From Candidatus Pacebacteria bacterium UBA6180 (GTDB taxonomy: Bacteria > Patescibacteriota > Microgenomatia > UBA1400 > PJMF01), in NCBI GenBank assembly GCA_002422165.1, contig DITQ01000001.1:71919-135918 (forward strand): 64,000 bases of DNA. Reading direction: 5' to 3'. Positions 37,176 to 47,226 of this stretch are shown piece after piece; position 1 is the first letter of the stretch, and every line of letters begins with the position of its first letter. Position numbers and translations under genes: made by a program. Under the pieces are notes generated by a model. That model was not told the DNA's origin. It saw nothing but the letters and a program-made list of their open reading frames with translations, and made no database searches.

Positions 37176-40100
37176 ATGGTAGAGAAAAGTTCTATTAAGA
37201 AAAAATTTCTCGAGACCGAGCATGCTCTTGCTCAGCCTGAACGTTGGCGAGCCAACCAGTTGTTTCAATTAGTTGAAAATAACCTGAGAAAATCAGAAAA
37301 AATTGATAGAAAAATCAAGATAATTTCTGGTGCTGCGGCAAATTCTTTTGCCACGCGTATCCTCAGAAATCATCGAGAGCAATTCCAGAGAGAAGGCAGT
37401 AAAGAGCTTGCTTCTCCTATTCCAGAAAAACAGGCTGATGAAGAAGTCTTCAGTGAAGTTTTAGTAGTCGATGAGAAATATTTGATAGAAATCTCGCTAA
37501 ATGTGAGGAGAAAAGGAAGCTATACAGATGAGAAAAATATTTCCTTGCCTGTTTTTTTAAATGACAAAGTTTACGTTATGAGGACGGCCACTGGCCAGCT
37601 ATACGTAGCTTTTGATCATGAAGATTCTTTTTTAGCTCATAAGGAAACTTACCAAACTATTGAGAAAGAAGAAGTTGATCCATATAGTGCATTTATTCAG
37701 GTTTTAAAATATTTTTCTTGTTCTGGTAAAAATAGTCAGCAATTTTTGATGGAGCATCAAAAAATGGCAGAATCAGTTGGTTTGGATTTGGGAATCAATT
37801 CAAATCACTACGGCTATCACGGTCAAGCACGCCTACACATTTACCTAGCTGGGCACCAACCTCCTTCAGATAGTTTTGCAGATGATTTGTTGGTTGGAGC
37901 AGCACTGCGGAAGGGATTTCATTTAAATGAAAAACATGAAAATGTTCAAGAAGAAGCTGCTCTTAATAATCAATTGTGGGAACAGTTTTGGGAGGGTTTG
38001 CAAGGAGATGTTGTCTTGAAGTCTTTAATGAGAATGGACGTCAACTATTTACCAGGTTTGTATGATTCAAAAAGTGTGAAGCAATTAGTTGCTAAAGTGG
38101 CGATTGCGCAAGTTTATGGTCGTACCAGTGACCTACAAGAAATAATTCCCGTGCCTAGAAAACTTGTTTTTTCACTAAAAGCAATTGCTGAATATGTTGT
38201 ACGCCTTTTGTACTTGGAGAGTTGGGAAAAAGCTGAAGGTTTGGATGAGTTATTTTTTAGTAAGCCGACATCGTATCGTGTTAAACAAATTGCATTTGGA
38301 TTATTTTCCATATATGACAAAATTGGTTTTTCAAGCATCGACGAGGCTTTAAATTTCCTTTTTCAGTATCATCAAATTACTGAATTAGAGAGAGATGAGC
38401 TGAAAAATTGCTTGGACTTAGAACAGCAAGTCGCCAGTCTTCCTCGTTTAAAAGAAGATCAGGCCTTATCTAGAGAAGCGGCTGATTTTTTAGGTATATA
38501 CGGTGTTAATGAAAATTTATTCAACTCAACTTCATTGCTTGCTTTTCAGTTAGATGCAGATGCTTTGGGTGCACCCAGAACATATTTATCAGTAAAAAGA
38601 GATAGCTCTCTTACTGGGTTTGGTTTGCGCTTAGAGCATTTATCTCAATCTATAACAAATCACTTTCCTAGTTATAAATTTCGTGTCAAGAACGATCGCT
38701 CTTTTCTTAGAGATAGACGAGCTCCATTTTGGTCAGTTCTTTTTGGTCATGAACTGGGGCTATATAGGCATGATGAGTTTGATTTGAAACAAATGCTGAT
38801 TGAATTTCAAACTGCTTTGCAAGTTTTGAAGAGTTATGAATTGATTCCCCATGAGATGGCTTTGACGATTATTAGTTTTTGGAAAAATATTGTAGATAGA
38901 TTAAACATATCTTCAGAGACAGAGATAGATTCTGGAAATAGTGCCAAAGAATTACTTTACAAATTAGAAAAAAGAATAACTAAAACCCATTTAGCTCATC
39001 ATGCACATGCTGGTGAACATCTGAAATTTTGGCTTTCTTCTTCAGTTTTCCTAGAAAGAATGCGTTACTTTTGGCAAAAAATTAGAGCTAATGGATATCC
39101 TTTGGCGGCTCACCTAGAGCAAGCTCCAGCTCATGGTGGTCTAGAATCTAGTGCTAAAAATTTACCACTTCACCTGGTAACTGACAGAACTACTCGTTTT
39201 GATAAGGAACTCATTAATCTTAAATTTTATATGAAAAAAGCCAAAGAATTAGATAAAAATTCTTCTGCTCATATTGCGGTGCGCATGGCAGCCATTCGTC
39301 AATATCCAAGTCGGGTGCATTGTCGAGACCATCGCTATGAAGATAATTATTCTAGAACAGTGTGGTTTGAATGGGAAGTTTCAGCATTTACCAAAAGATG
39401 GATTGCAGAACATTGGCAAGAAATAGTTGGAGAAGAAGAAGTTTCTTATTTTAAAAATGCAACTGAAATTGGAGAGAGAATTTATGGAATTATCAATCAG
39501 GAAATTGAAGATTTGCTGGCACAGGCTTTTCAAGAAAACAATCAAGCTCGTCGAACTCGCATTTTGCTTCATGCTTATCGTTTGGCAACGACAATTTATG
39601 AATTTGACAGAATTTGGGAGAAACCAAGGGTTGATGAGCGCGTTAATTTAAATATTTGTGCGTGGAGTGACAACTATAATCAAATCAGAGATAGTTTACG
39701 AAAAATGATTGACATTGCCAGTAAAGAAAGAGTTAAGCCTCCAGGGGAAATTAAAATTAAGCCTGGGCAAGTTCACTGTTTGTTGGGACCCAATATGGGT
39801 GGCAAAAGCACTGTTATGCGACAACTTGGCTTTGGAATTTTAGCTCACAACCAAGGTCTGCCTCAAGTTGGAGGAGGGTTTAGCGCTGCAGATGATATTT
39901 TTTTGAGTAGTCCTGTGGGTAGTGAACGGCAAATGGCTGGTGAAAGCTTGTTTACACAGGGAGCCAAAGAATTGGGAGACATTATTGAAGCAAAGCAAAT
40001 AGGGAGGCACAAGTATTTGTGGATGCTTGATGAATTTGGTCGCCGGACCAATGCTCGTTATGGACAGGCAAACATGATGACAGCAAGCATAGTTGCTGCA

Positions 40101-41768
40101 GCTTATGAAGAGACCCCCAAAGATATGGCTCTTATGGCAACTCATTATCAATCAATGGTTCGTTATCAACCCTTTTTTCAAGCTCTGGGTTTGGAATTGG
40201 TTTTTTGGAAAGTGGAAGACTTTAAACTCAAGAGGCTTGAACCTGATGAAGAGGTAAAAAGTTTAGCTATTCAAGCGATTGCTAAGCATCTGCCACTGAG
40301 TGAATATGAAGATTGGCCTGATAAGGAAGATGCTCAGCATGCAAAAAATTCTATTGGAACAAAAGAAAAACCAGTTTTAAAATCTTTGAGTCGAGAACAA
40401 ATTGCAGCTGCGACAAGAGATGATCTAATGGGAGCCAGCATGCGGGAAAAAATTGAGTTTCTATCAAATCGTTATAACATGACAGTTGTGGAAGCTAAAA
40501 TTTTTCTAGCTCGCTATTTGGTTCCAAAAGAGGTAGAAGAGAAACAAAAAATTGTCGCTGCTGTACTTGCTCATCCGCAACTAACTGAACACTTAAAAAT
40601 CTTAAAAGAAATTCAAGAAATTACCTCTTTTCATAAAAGACTGCTAGAAGTTGATTGGAAACAGCGTACGGCAATGAGAAGGAATTTTTATAAACACTTT
40701 GATTTAAAAAAGATTGATTATAACGCCAATATAGATGTTTTTAATAAACAAGTAGAGGTTTTTTTGAATCAGCTAGTAAAAAAAGCCAACAAAACCATGC
40801 GTTTTGGAAAAAAACTCATTAATGACGTTGTTCCTAACTGGCTTGATGGTAAAGGAACTACCTATACTATTGTAAATGATATTTTAAGCGGAAATCTTAA
40901 CAGAGGAATTTATGAGTTAGGAGCAGTTTTTTCTTATGCTTCTCAAATCAAAAGCAAACGAGAAAATGGCTTTGGTTATGCTCAAGCTGAATTTAGAGAT
41001 GAGGCAGTTTTTGCGGCAGAAGAGGCGTGGAACCCAAATTTGCGTGAGGAAAAAATCGTTACCAATTCATTTAATTATGATTTTAGAGATGGGAGAGCAG
41101 GAGTGGTTACTACTGGTGAAAATGGTTCTGGAAAGAGCAATCATCAAATTACTGTTGGTCAAATAGGTATAGAGGCAACATGCTTGGGTTTTGGTCCTGC
41201 AACAAAAATTATCGCCCCAAAGAATTTACAAGTACTTGCTCTCACTCAGCCAGTTAGTGATACTCTCAAAGAGAGCTCAATGGGTCAAGAAGTAGTTCGT
41301 CGGATAAGTAAAGCAGTGGCAGTAGCGAAACATAGTAAAAACCCAACTCTAGTTCTGCTTGACGAGCCTGGCGCTCCCACCTCAGAGACTGATGCACACA
41401 AAATCATTGTGTGGCTATTTCATAAATTTTTGAAAAACACTAACACTAAATTGGAAGTGTCCACGCATTGCGATGGTTTGGTGGATGCTCTAAAAGATAA
41501 AGTCTACTTCCAAGCGTTTCGCTTGTTGAGTGATCAGCCGTTTAAAGCCTTTGTGGGAACAGCAGACAGCAACGCTTTGGAGGTTGCCAAGTTTTATGGT
41601 ATGGATGAGACATTTTATGACATTGCCAAAATTGTGCACGAGTTTATTGTTTTTACTCAGTCAGACAAAAATTTAATAAAGCTTCATGCACAAGTTTTTG
41701 CAGATAGAATTAAAGAAATATTGGTGAAGAGAGTGTTTGTGGCTGAAGCGCAAGCCCAGGTTGTTTAG
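37176..41768 (+). CDS. Giant protein (1530 aa) with two tandem MutS-family ABC ATPase domains and a large unknown N-terminal region
   Basis: Domain 1 at about aa 865 to 1030: GPNMGGKSTVMRQLGFGILAHNQGLPQ...SLFTQG...LWMLDEFGRRTNARYGQANMMTASIVAA. Domain 2 at about aa 1320 to 1470: TGENGSGKSNHQITVGQIGIEATCLGFGPA...SSMGQE...LVLLDEPGAPTSETDAHKII...STHCDGL. Confidence 0.6.
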   Translation: MVEKSSIKKKFLETEHALAQPERWRANQLFQLVENNLRKSEKIDRKIKIISGAAANSFATRILRNHREQFQREGSKELASPIPEKQADEEVFSEVLVVDEKYLIEISLNVRRKGSYTDEKNISLPVFLNDKVYVMRTATGQLYVAFDHEDSFLAHKETYQTIEKEEVDPYSAFIQVLKYFSCSGKNSQQFLMEHQKMAESVGLDLGINSNHYGYHGQARLHIYLAGHQPPSDSFADDLLVGAALRKGFHLNEKHENVQEEAALNNQLWEQFWEGLQGDVVLKSLMRMDVNYLPGLYDSKSVKQLVAKVAIAQVYGRTSDLQEIIPVPRKLVFSLKAIAEYVVRLLYLESWEKAEGLDELFFSKPTSYRVKQIAFGLFSIYDKIGFSSIDEALNFLFQYHQITELERDELKNCLDLEQQVASLPRLKEDQALSREAADFLGIYGVNENLFNSTSLLAFQLDADALGAPRTYLSVKRDSSLTGFGLRLEHLSQSITNHFPSYKFRVKNDRSFLRDRRAPFWSVLFGHELGLYRHDEFDLKQMLIEFQTALQVLKSYELIPHEMALTIISFWKNIVDRLNISSETEIDSGNSAKELLYKLEKRITKTHLAHHAHAGEHLKFWLSSSVFLERMRYFWQKIRANGYPLAAHLEQAPAHGGLESSAKNLPLHLVTDRTTRFDKELINLKFYMKKAKELDKNSSAHIAVRMAAIRQYPSRVHCRDHRYEDNYSRTVWFEWEVSAFTKRWIAEHWQEIVGEEEVSYFKNATEIGERIYGIINQEIEDLLAQAFQENNQARRTRILLHAYRLATTIYEFDRIWEKPRVDERVNLNICAWSDNYNQIRDSLRKMIDIASKERVKPPGEIKIKPGQVHCLLGPNMGGKSTVMRQLGFGILAHNQGLPQVGGGFSAADDIFLSSPVGSERQMAGESLFTQGAKELGDIIEAKQIGRHKYLWMLDEFGRRTNARYGQANMMTASIVAAAYEETPKDMALMATHYQSMVRYQPFFQALGLELVFWKVEDFKLKRLEPDEEVKSLAIQAIAKHLPLSEYEDWPDKEDAQHAKNSIGTKEKPVLKSLSREQIAAATRDDLMGASMREKIEFLSNRYNMTVVEAKIFLARYLVPKEVEEKQKIVAAVLAHPQLTEHLKILKEIQEITSFHKRLLEVDWKQRTAMRRNFYKHFDLKKIDYNANIDVFNKQVEVFLNQLVKKANKTMRFGKKLINDVVPNWLDGKGTTYTIVNDILSGNLNRGIYELGAVFSYASQIKSKRENGFGYAQAEFRDEAVFAAEEAWNPNLREEKIVTNSFNYDFRDGRAGVVTTGENGSGKSNHQITVGQIGIEATCLGFGPATKIIAPKNLQVLALTQPVSDTLKESSMGQEVVRRISKAVAVAKHSKNPTLVLLDEPGAPTSETDAHKIIVWLFHKFLKNTNTKLEVSTHCDGLVDALKDKVYFQAFRLLSDQPFKAFVGTADSNALEVAKFYGMDETFYDIAKIVHEFIVFTQSDKNLIKLHAQVFADRIKEILVKRVFVAEAQAQVV

Positions 41769-41785
41769 AAGGTTGACTCTATCTC

Positions 41786-42832
41786 TTACAAAACCTGCAC
41801 AATGTTGAAAGCTAAGTAAATGACGTAGAGGCCGATTAGTCCTAGCCCAGCGCGGCGGCCAATTGTCCAGTGCCTGGCGATCAAGATGAAAAGAATGGCC
41901 AAGACAGTGGCGAAGAGCAAAAAGACGCTGCTCATCAAGTTTTCCGTGTTAACCTCGATCGTGCCTTTGTTCCAGAGTAAGACGATTAGCCAAGGAAAAC
42001 CCAACCCAAAGAGAATGTCAAAAATGTTGGAGCCGACAGCGTTGCTGACCGCCATGTCGCCTCGGCCTTGTTTGGCGACGATGATTGAAGACAAGAGGTC
42101 AGGGATGGAGGTGCCGGCAGCTAAGACAGTCAAAGCAATGATGGTGGGGTTGATGTGCAAAATGTGACCGATGTTGACAGCCGATTCAACCAAGACATAA
42201 CTGAGGCCAGCGATTAGCACAATTGCCACCACGAAAGTGTAGACGAATTGGTTGTTTTTCTCGAGCGGTTTGGGGATCAGTAAATTGAGGATTTTGCGGG
42301 AAGCTTTAGCCAGTTTATTGCGTTTAGTTTCTGTGACCACGATGTCTAGTGGATCGATGTCTTTGTAAGGCAAAATTTTCTTCCACTGCGTGACCAGAAT
42401 GATGTAGACCACGTATAGGCCGATAAAAAGCAGGGCTTCATGGAGCACTACTTGACCATCGCGAAAAGTGAAAAGTAAGGCGATGATGGTGAGTACGTAG
42501 AAAATTAGATCACGGAAAACTGGCTGCCAAGTGAGTTTGGCTTGGCGAAAAGTTGCCGCCGCGCCAGTGATGACTAAAATGTTGAAAATGGCTGAGCCAA
42601 CGATGGTGCCGGCGCCGATATTTGAGTGGCTGCCAGCGCGCAGCACTGCGAAGAGTGAAGTGAAAAGCTCTGGCGCGCTGGAGCCAACCGCCATCAGGGT
42701 GGCGCCGGCCACGTCAGAGGGTAGTTTGAGGCGGCTAGAAATTTTGTCCAAAGCGACCACGAAATAGTCTTCGCAGATCACAGCCAAGAGGTAAAAGGAG
42801 GCGAGCAGTAGGAGGATGGAGAAAATTAACAT
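41786..42832 (-). CDS. Na+/Ca2+ exchanger (CaCA family, YrbG-like)
   Basis: Two alpha-repeats with GSSAPELFTS and GTSIPDLLSS motifs. Confidence 0.8.
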   Translation of the reverse strand: MLIFSILLLLASFYLLAVICEDYFVVALDKISSRLKLPSDVAGATLMAVGSSAPELFTSLFAVLRAGSHSNIGAGTIVGSAIFNILVITGAAATFRQAKLTWQPVFRDLIFYVLTIIALLFTFRDGQVVLHEALLFIGLYVVYIILVTQWKKILPYKDIDPLDIVVTETKRNKLAKASRKILNLLIPKPLEKNNQFVYTFVVAIVLIAGLSYVLVESAVNIGHILHINPTIIALTVLAAGTSIPDLLSSIIVAKQGRGDMAVSNAVGSNIFDILFGLGFPWLIVLLWNKGTIEVNTENLMSSVFLLFATVLAILFILIARHWTIGRRAGLGLIGLYVIYLAFNIVQVL

Positions 42833-42902
42833 GAAAGTAGTGTAAAAGTTGAGGAGGTCGAGCGCAAGTTAAGTTTTTTGGTGGATATGCTATATTTTAA
42901 AC

Positions 42903-44627
42903 ATGCCTCACTTCTTGACCAATAAGCTCAATTGGCTTCTGCTTCTCATTTTTTGTTTAGCTTTGGTTTTGCGGCTCTGGCAACTAGAAACCCTACCGGC
43001 TACTTTTTTTGTCGATGAAGTTTTGAGTGGCTATCTTGGTCGCTACCTTTGGGTCAATGGAGTCGACCTGTACGGGAACACTTGGCCGCTGCTTTATTTC
43101 AACAAATTTGGTGATTATTACATTATTTTACCGATGTATCTGGATGGTTTAAGCACTTTTCTTTTCGGGGTGACTCGTTTCGCTACTCGCTTTCCCACAG
43201 CCTTGATTGGAGCGCTGGCGGTTTTTCCTCTTTATGGCATCACGCGCTTTGTCTTTCAAGCCAAAAGAGTTGCTTACCTGAGCGCGTTGCTTTTGGCGAT
43301 TGCCCCTTGGCACATTGTCTTGGCCAGAGCGACCACCGAAAGCGTTTTAGAAATGACGGTGCTTTTAATTGCAGTTTGGCTGTTGCTTAGCTCGGTGAAA
43401 AATAAATCTCCAAGACGAATGTTTTTAGCCATGGTTGTTTCGGCCTTTAGCTATCTGATTTATCACACGGCGCGAATCATCACTCCACTTATTTGGCTCG
43501 GTTTCGTGATTATTTTTTTCAAACAGCTGCAGTTAAATAAAAAATTGTTCAGCGCAGCAGTTTTAGGTTTGGTGTTGCTGTTTACCATGACTTTCACAAT
43601 TAGTCAGACGCCGTGGGGCAAAGGTCGTTTCGAACAGACTTCAATTTTTTCAGTTCAATCTGGTGTTTCAATTCGCATGCAGGAGATGACTTACAACTTG
43701 GGAAACAGTAGTGTGTTGATGGCCAGAATTTTTCACAACAAAGTAGTTGGTTATGGTCGGGAATTTATCAACCAATACTTGAGCTACTTTTCACCGTTAT
43801 TTTTATTTGCCGACGACGCTTGGTCGCATTCCAGATATTTTGTTCCTGAGTTTGGCCCACTTTATCTTGCTGTTTTACTGATGTTGCTTTCATATTTGCT
43901 GTCTGCCGTGACAGCACGGAAAGCAAATAATCAATATTTACTTTTTATTTTATGGTTACTTTTGATCGTTCCTGTTCCTAGTTCTCTGACCGTGATCGAA
44001 TCGCCAAGCGTCAGGCGAAGCCTCTTCATGCTGGTGCCCTTGGTGATTCTGGCTGCAGGTGGTTGGAAGCGAGCCTTTTCAGTTTCCTGGAAAAAAATCA
44101 CCCTTGGTCACGGCATTGCTCTTTTACTAGCGATTGAGCTGATTTTCTTTTCTTACTTGTATGTGAAGCAAAGCGATGCTCAAGATGCACTTTACAGATC
44201 AGATGGTTTGCCTGAAATTGCTGAATACATTGTGAGTCGTGAAGCTGAAAATAGGGATTTTATGGTGTTTGATGCTTATGATTTTCCACTTTACTACCTT
44301 TTTGCTAAGCAAGATTTTGGAGCAGAGTGGAGTCAGCAGTTCCAAGAAAAACTTACCATAGAATCTATGTACGGTGTCAAGCCAACACTTACCAAATGTG
44401 CTAGAGAATTACTGTCTGACTCGCTAGTTCTTGATTCAGCAGACACTCTCTACATTGAGCCCTCACGTTGTAAAGTCAACAGCTGTTTATTTGAGGAAGT
44501 TGATCAGATTTATGGTGTTAATAAACTTATCTATTTTAGAGTTTTAAAGCGGAAGCAGCTTCCGCCAACTGAACCGGAGTGTTTGTCGCTGTTGCCGTTT
44601 GAGGGTGGAGAGCAAGGGAGGTTTTAA
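42903..44627 (+). CDS. PMT/ArnT-like (GT-C, family 39/83) membrane glycosyltransferase
   Basis: Multi-TM protein with an N-terminal DE motif (FFVDEVLSGY) in the first loop. Confidence 0.65.
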   Translation: MPHFLTNKLNWLLLLIFCLALVLRLWQLETLPATFFVDEVLSGYLGRYLWVNGVDLYGNTWPLLYFNKFGDYYIILPMYLDGLSTFLFGVTRFATRFPTALIGALAVFPLYGITRFVFQAKRVAYLSALLLAIAPWHIVLARATTESVLEMTVLLIAVWLLLSSVKNKSPRRMFLAMVVSAFSYLIYHTARIITPLIWLGFVIIFFKQLQLNKKLFSAAVLGLVLLFTMTFTISQTPWGKGRFEQTSIFSVQSGVSIRMQEMTYNLGNSSVLMARIFHNKVVGYGREFINQYLSYFSPLFLFADDAWSHSRYFVPEFGPLYLAVLLMLLSYLLSAVTARKANNQYLLFILWLLLIVPVPSSLTVIESPSVRRSLFMLVPLVILAAGGWKRAFSVSWKKITLGHGIALLLAIELIFFSYLYVKQSDAQDALYRSDGLPEIAEYIVSREAENRDFMVFDAYDFPLYYLFAKQDFGAEWSQQFQEKLTIESMYGVKPTLTKCARELLSDSLVLDSADTLYIEPSRCKVNSCLFEEVDQIYGVNKLIYFRVLKRKQLPPTEPECLSLLPFEGGEQGRF

Positions 44628-44700
44628 TTCAATTTTTTTAGTTGCGAAGCTCCGCTTTTTCTAACTCCAGCTTGAACCAGTGAGTTCGTGGGTGTAATAT

Positions 44701-45021
44701 ATGAATATGAATTCATATAACTGTTGCTCAAGTTCCACTAGTGAAAGTCAGCAAGTGGCCGCCCTTTCTGCTCTGCTCAAAGTCGTCGCGGAGCCTTCCC
44801 GTCTCAAGCTGCTCTGCGTTTTGGGTCAGGGTGAGCATTGCGTTTGTGAAATCATGGAGCATGTCGATTTTTCCCAAAGCCTAGTTTCTCATCACCTCAG
44901 AGATCTACGCGAAATCGGTGTGGTTAGTGATGAAAAAAGAGGTCAGCGAGTCTACTACTCCCTATCTAAAAAAGGTCGACATATTACTGAAAACTTATTT
45001 CAAATTATCAGAGAAAGGTAA
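44701..45021 (+). CDS. ArsR-family transcriptional regulator
   Basis: HTH ...CVCEIMEHVDFSQSLVSHHLRDLREIGVV. Confidence 0.8.
   Translation: MNMNSYNCCSSSTSESQQVAALSALLKVVAEPSRLKLLCVLGQGEHCVCEIMEHVDFSQSLVSHHLRDLREIGVVSDEKRGQRVYYSLSKKGRHITENLFQIIRER
44705..44718. promoter_or_regulatory. Perfect 14-bp palindrome ATATGAATTCATAT overlapping the arsR start codon (candidate ArsR operator)
   Basis: Seen directly. ArsR-family repressors commonly autoregulate through inverted repeats. Confidence 0.35.
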
Positions 45022-45027
45022 ACAATT

Positions 45028-45273
45028 ATGAAAATTCAAGTACTGGGTTCCGGTTGTCCCACCTGTCAGAAATTACACCAAGTAGTGCTTCAGGCCGCCA
45101 AAGAACTCCAGCTCGACAAACAGGTGGAGTACTTATCTGGCAGCGAGGGTATTAGTAAAATTATGGAGTTAGGGGCGATGAGTAGCCCCGTGTTAGCGAT
45201 TGACGACCAGGTCGTGATGACTGGTTTCAGCGGCGACGTGAATAAAATTAAAACTCTGCTGAGCAAAATATGA
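45028..45273 (+). CDS. Thioredoxin-fold redox-active disulfide protein 2
   Basis: MKIQVLGSGCPTCQKL, a CxxC small thioredoxin-like protein. Confidence 0.75.
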   Translation: MKIQVLGSGCPTCQKLHQVVLQAAKELQLDKQVEYLSGSEGISKIMELGAMSSPVLAIDDQVVMTGFSGDVNKIKTLLSKI

Positions 45274-46160
45274 ATATTTTTACGCCAATTCAACAGTTCG
45301 CCGACCTAGTGACCTACCAGTGGCTAGACATTGCCCTACACACTTATTTGGGTGACAGCGTTAATTTTTTCATTTACGACGTGATCAAAATTGGCTTGCT
45401 GATGTTGATCATCAACACTGTGGTCACAATAACCGAATATTATTTCCCGATGGAAAAAGTGCGCGATATTCTCACCAAAAGGCGATTGTATGGTCTGGAT
45501 TATTTAGTTGCTGCTTTGCTTGGCGTGATTACCCCCTTTTGTTCTTGTTCGTCGATACCGCTTTTCATCGGTTTCATCTCTGCCAAAATTCCATTGGGAG
45601 TGACTTTTGCTTTTTTGATTAGTTCGCCACTGGTCAATGAGGCTTCGCTTTATCTTTTTCCGAGTATTTTTGGTCTGCAAGTGACTTTGCTCTACAACGG
45701 TGTGGGAATTTTGATTGCTATGTTGGGCGGCCTGTTGATTCAAAAAATGAAAATGGACAAATACATTCGTCCAGAATTTTTGAGGTTTAAATCGAGAAAG
45801 CAAATGCAAGCGGAATATGCAGGTGCCAAAGTGCCTTTAAAGGATTTGGTGCAATTATGGCGTTCTCAGGTGTGGGCAATCACTCAAAAAATTTTCCCCT
45901 ATGTTTTGCTTGGCGTAGGCGTAGGCGCTTTGATTCATGGTTTCGTGCCAGAATCTTTGGTGGCCAACTATTTGACGAGCAAAGCTTGGTGGGCGGTGCC
46001 GACGGCGGTGCTTCTCGGTACCCCTCTCTACACTAACTCCATCGGCGTGGTGCCAGTGGTCGAGGCGATTATCAATAAGGGTGTGCCAAATGGGTACGGC
46101 GCTGGCTTTCATGACGGCTGCGACTACTCTGTCCATTCCTTCTGGTTTAATGTTGGCTAA
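45270..46160 (+). CDS. Permease (DUF318/ArsP-like), C-terminus probably frameshifted
   Basis: Multi-TM with a CSCSSIP motif. The +1 frame continues as a conserved-looking C-terminus to 46250 (see findings). Confidence 0.65.
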   Translation: MNIFTPIQQFADLVTYQWLDIALHTYLGDSVNFFIYDVIKIGLLMLIINTVVTITEYYFPMEKVRDILTKRRLYGLDYLVAALLGVITPFCSCSSIPLFIGFISAKIPLGVTFAFLISSPLVNEASLYLFPSIFGLQVTLLYNGVGILIAMLGGLLIQKMKMDKYIRPEFLRFKSRKQMQAEYAGAKVPLKDLVQLWRSQVWAITQKIFPYVLLGVGVGALIHGFVPESLVANYLTSKAWWAVPTAVLLGTPLYTNSIGVVPVVEAIINKGVPNGYGAGFHDGCDYSVHSFWFNVG

Positions 46161-46308
46161 GTTGATGAAAAAAGAATTACTGCTCGCCTTCTTTGGCATT
46201 ACCGTGGCAGGGATAATTCTAATGGGGTATTTGTTTAATGCGGTTTTGTAGGAAGAAATATGACGAGCGTTTGTGGCAGTTTTGCCGTGCAGTACGCTGG
46301 ACACTTCG

Positions 46309-46497
46309 CTAAAATTTGACGAAACGATTGACTAGCCAAACCAAGATTGCGAAAAAACTAAAGGCTAGGAGTGCGGCTTGTAGGCTTAGTTTGATTGGCA
46401 TCTTTTTAGAAGTGTAGTGATGTTCATATTCACCATAAGTAATGAGAAAAGCAGCCAATCCAGCAATTGAGGCAAAGATAATTCCAATGATGAACAT
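46309..46497 (-). CDS. Hypothetical small membrane protein (62 aa, 2 TM)
   Basis: ORF only. Confidence 0.3.
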   Translation of the reverse strand: MFIIGIIFASIAGLAAFLITYGEYEHHYTSKKMPIKLSLQAALLAFSFFAILVWLVNRFVKF

Positions 46498-46563
46498 GAG
46501 GCTATTTTAGCTCCTTTTTTAGGTTGGTGCGAAGGCGCCTCGCCCTTCGGGCATTACCCAGGA

Positions 46564-46640
46564 GCTTCGATTCTCACAGCTAGTGCTTGAGTTAACTCGC
46601 TTGACGGCGGGGAGCATGGGATGAAGTTGGAACTTTTTTC
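46564..46640 (+). repeat. Intergenic repeat element, copy 2 (about 76 nt)
   Basis: GCTTCGATTCTCACAGCTAGTGCTTGAGTTAACTCGCTTGACGGCGGGGAGCATGGGATGAAGTTGGAACTTTTTT. Confidence 0.8.
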
Positions 46641-46671
46641 GCTCGATAAATTAAGGCTTATAAATTAGTAA

Positions 46672-46992
46672 TTAGCTTATTTCGATATTGTTAACTTCCT
46701 CAGGATAGAAATCAGTGCGCCCATCTTCATGTTTGAGAATTAATACTCCACATGGCCTTCCATATTCTATACGAGTTACTCTTAGATAATTATCATCATT
46801 AATTTTCACAGTTATTTCTTTCCCTTGAGAAGGAGCATATTGCAGGTAATGACTGCTTTTAAAATTTTCTGGCCACTCACCACCTATGAGAAGACCTTTT
46901 TTCATAGCAGTTAAAATTTCTCTTCTAATGCGATTCACTCCTAATTTAGCTGCTTCTAAGTTTTCCTCAGAAAAGTATTCATTTTCATTCAT
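46672..46992 (-). CDS. Hypothetical protein (106 aa)
   Basis: ORF only. The first gene inside the AT-rich segment. Confidence 0.4.
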   Translation of the reverse strand: MNENEYFSEENLEAAKLGVNRIRREILTAMKKGLLIGGEWPENFKSSHYLQYAPSQGKEITVKINDDNYLRVTRIEYGRPCGVLILKHEDGRTDFYPEEVNNIEIS

Positions 46993-47226
46993 AAAACTAT
47001 AATATCACTACTATCAATTAAAGTTAGATTTGAAGATATCAGAAGTGCTTTAATCATCCCTATGGTTTCTTTTGCGGAGCACCTGGGTCTGGAACCCGTG
47101 CGTCGTTATAACTGTCCCATTCCAGAATCGAGATTCCAGGGTAATTTTAGCAAAAATGGGACAAATGGGACACTATAAAAAGGGTGTGTCTTGTTTTTGT
47201 TAATGATGTATTTTGATATATTAATA

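Noticed and set aside
45855-46304. 149-aa minus-strand ORF overlapping the permease
   Set aside because: Fully antisense to a multi-TM permease with family-typical motifs. No RBS. Likely spurious.
47040-47100. tRNA-like fragment (GGGTCTGGAACCC stem-loop), a possible att remnant
   Set aside because: The loop does not fit the T-loop consensus (TTCRANY). No acceptor or CCA context. Cannot be supported.
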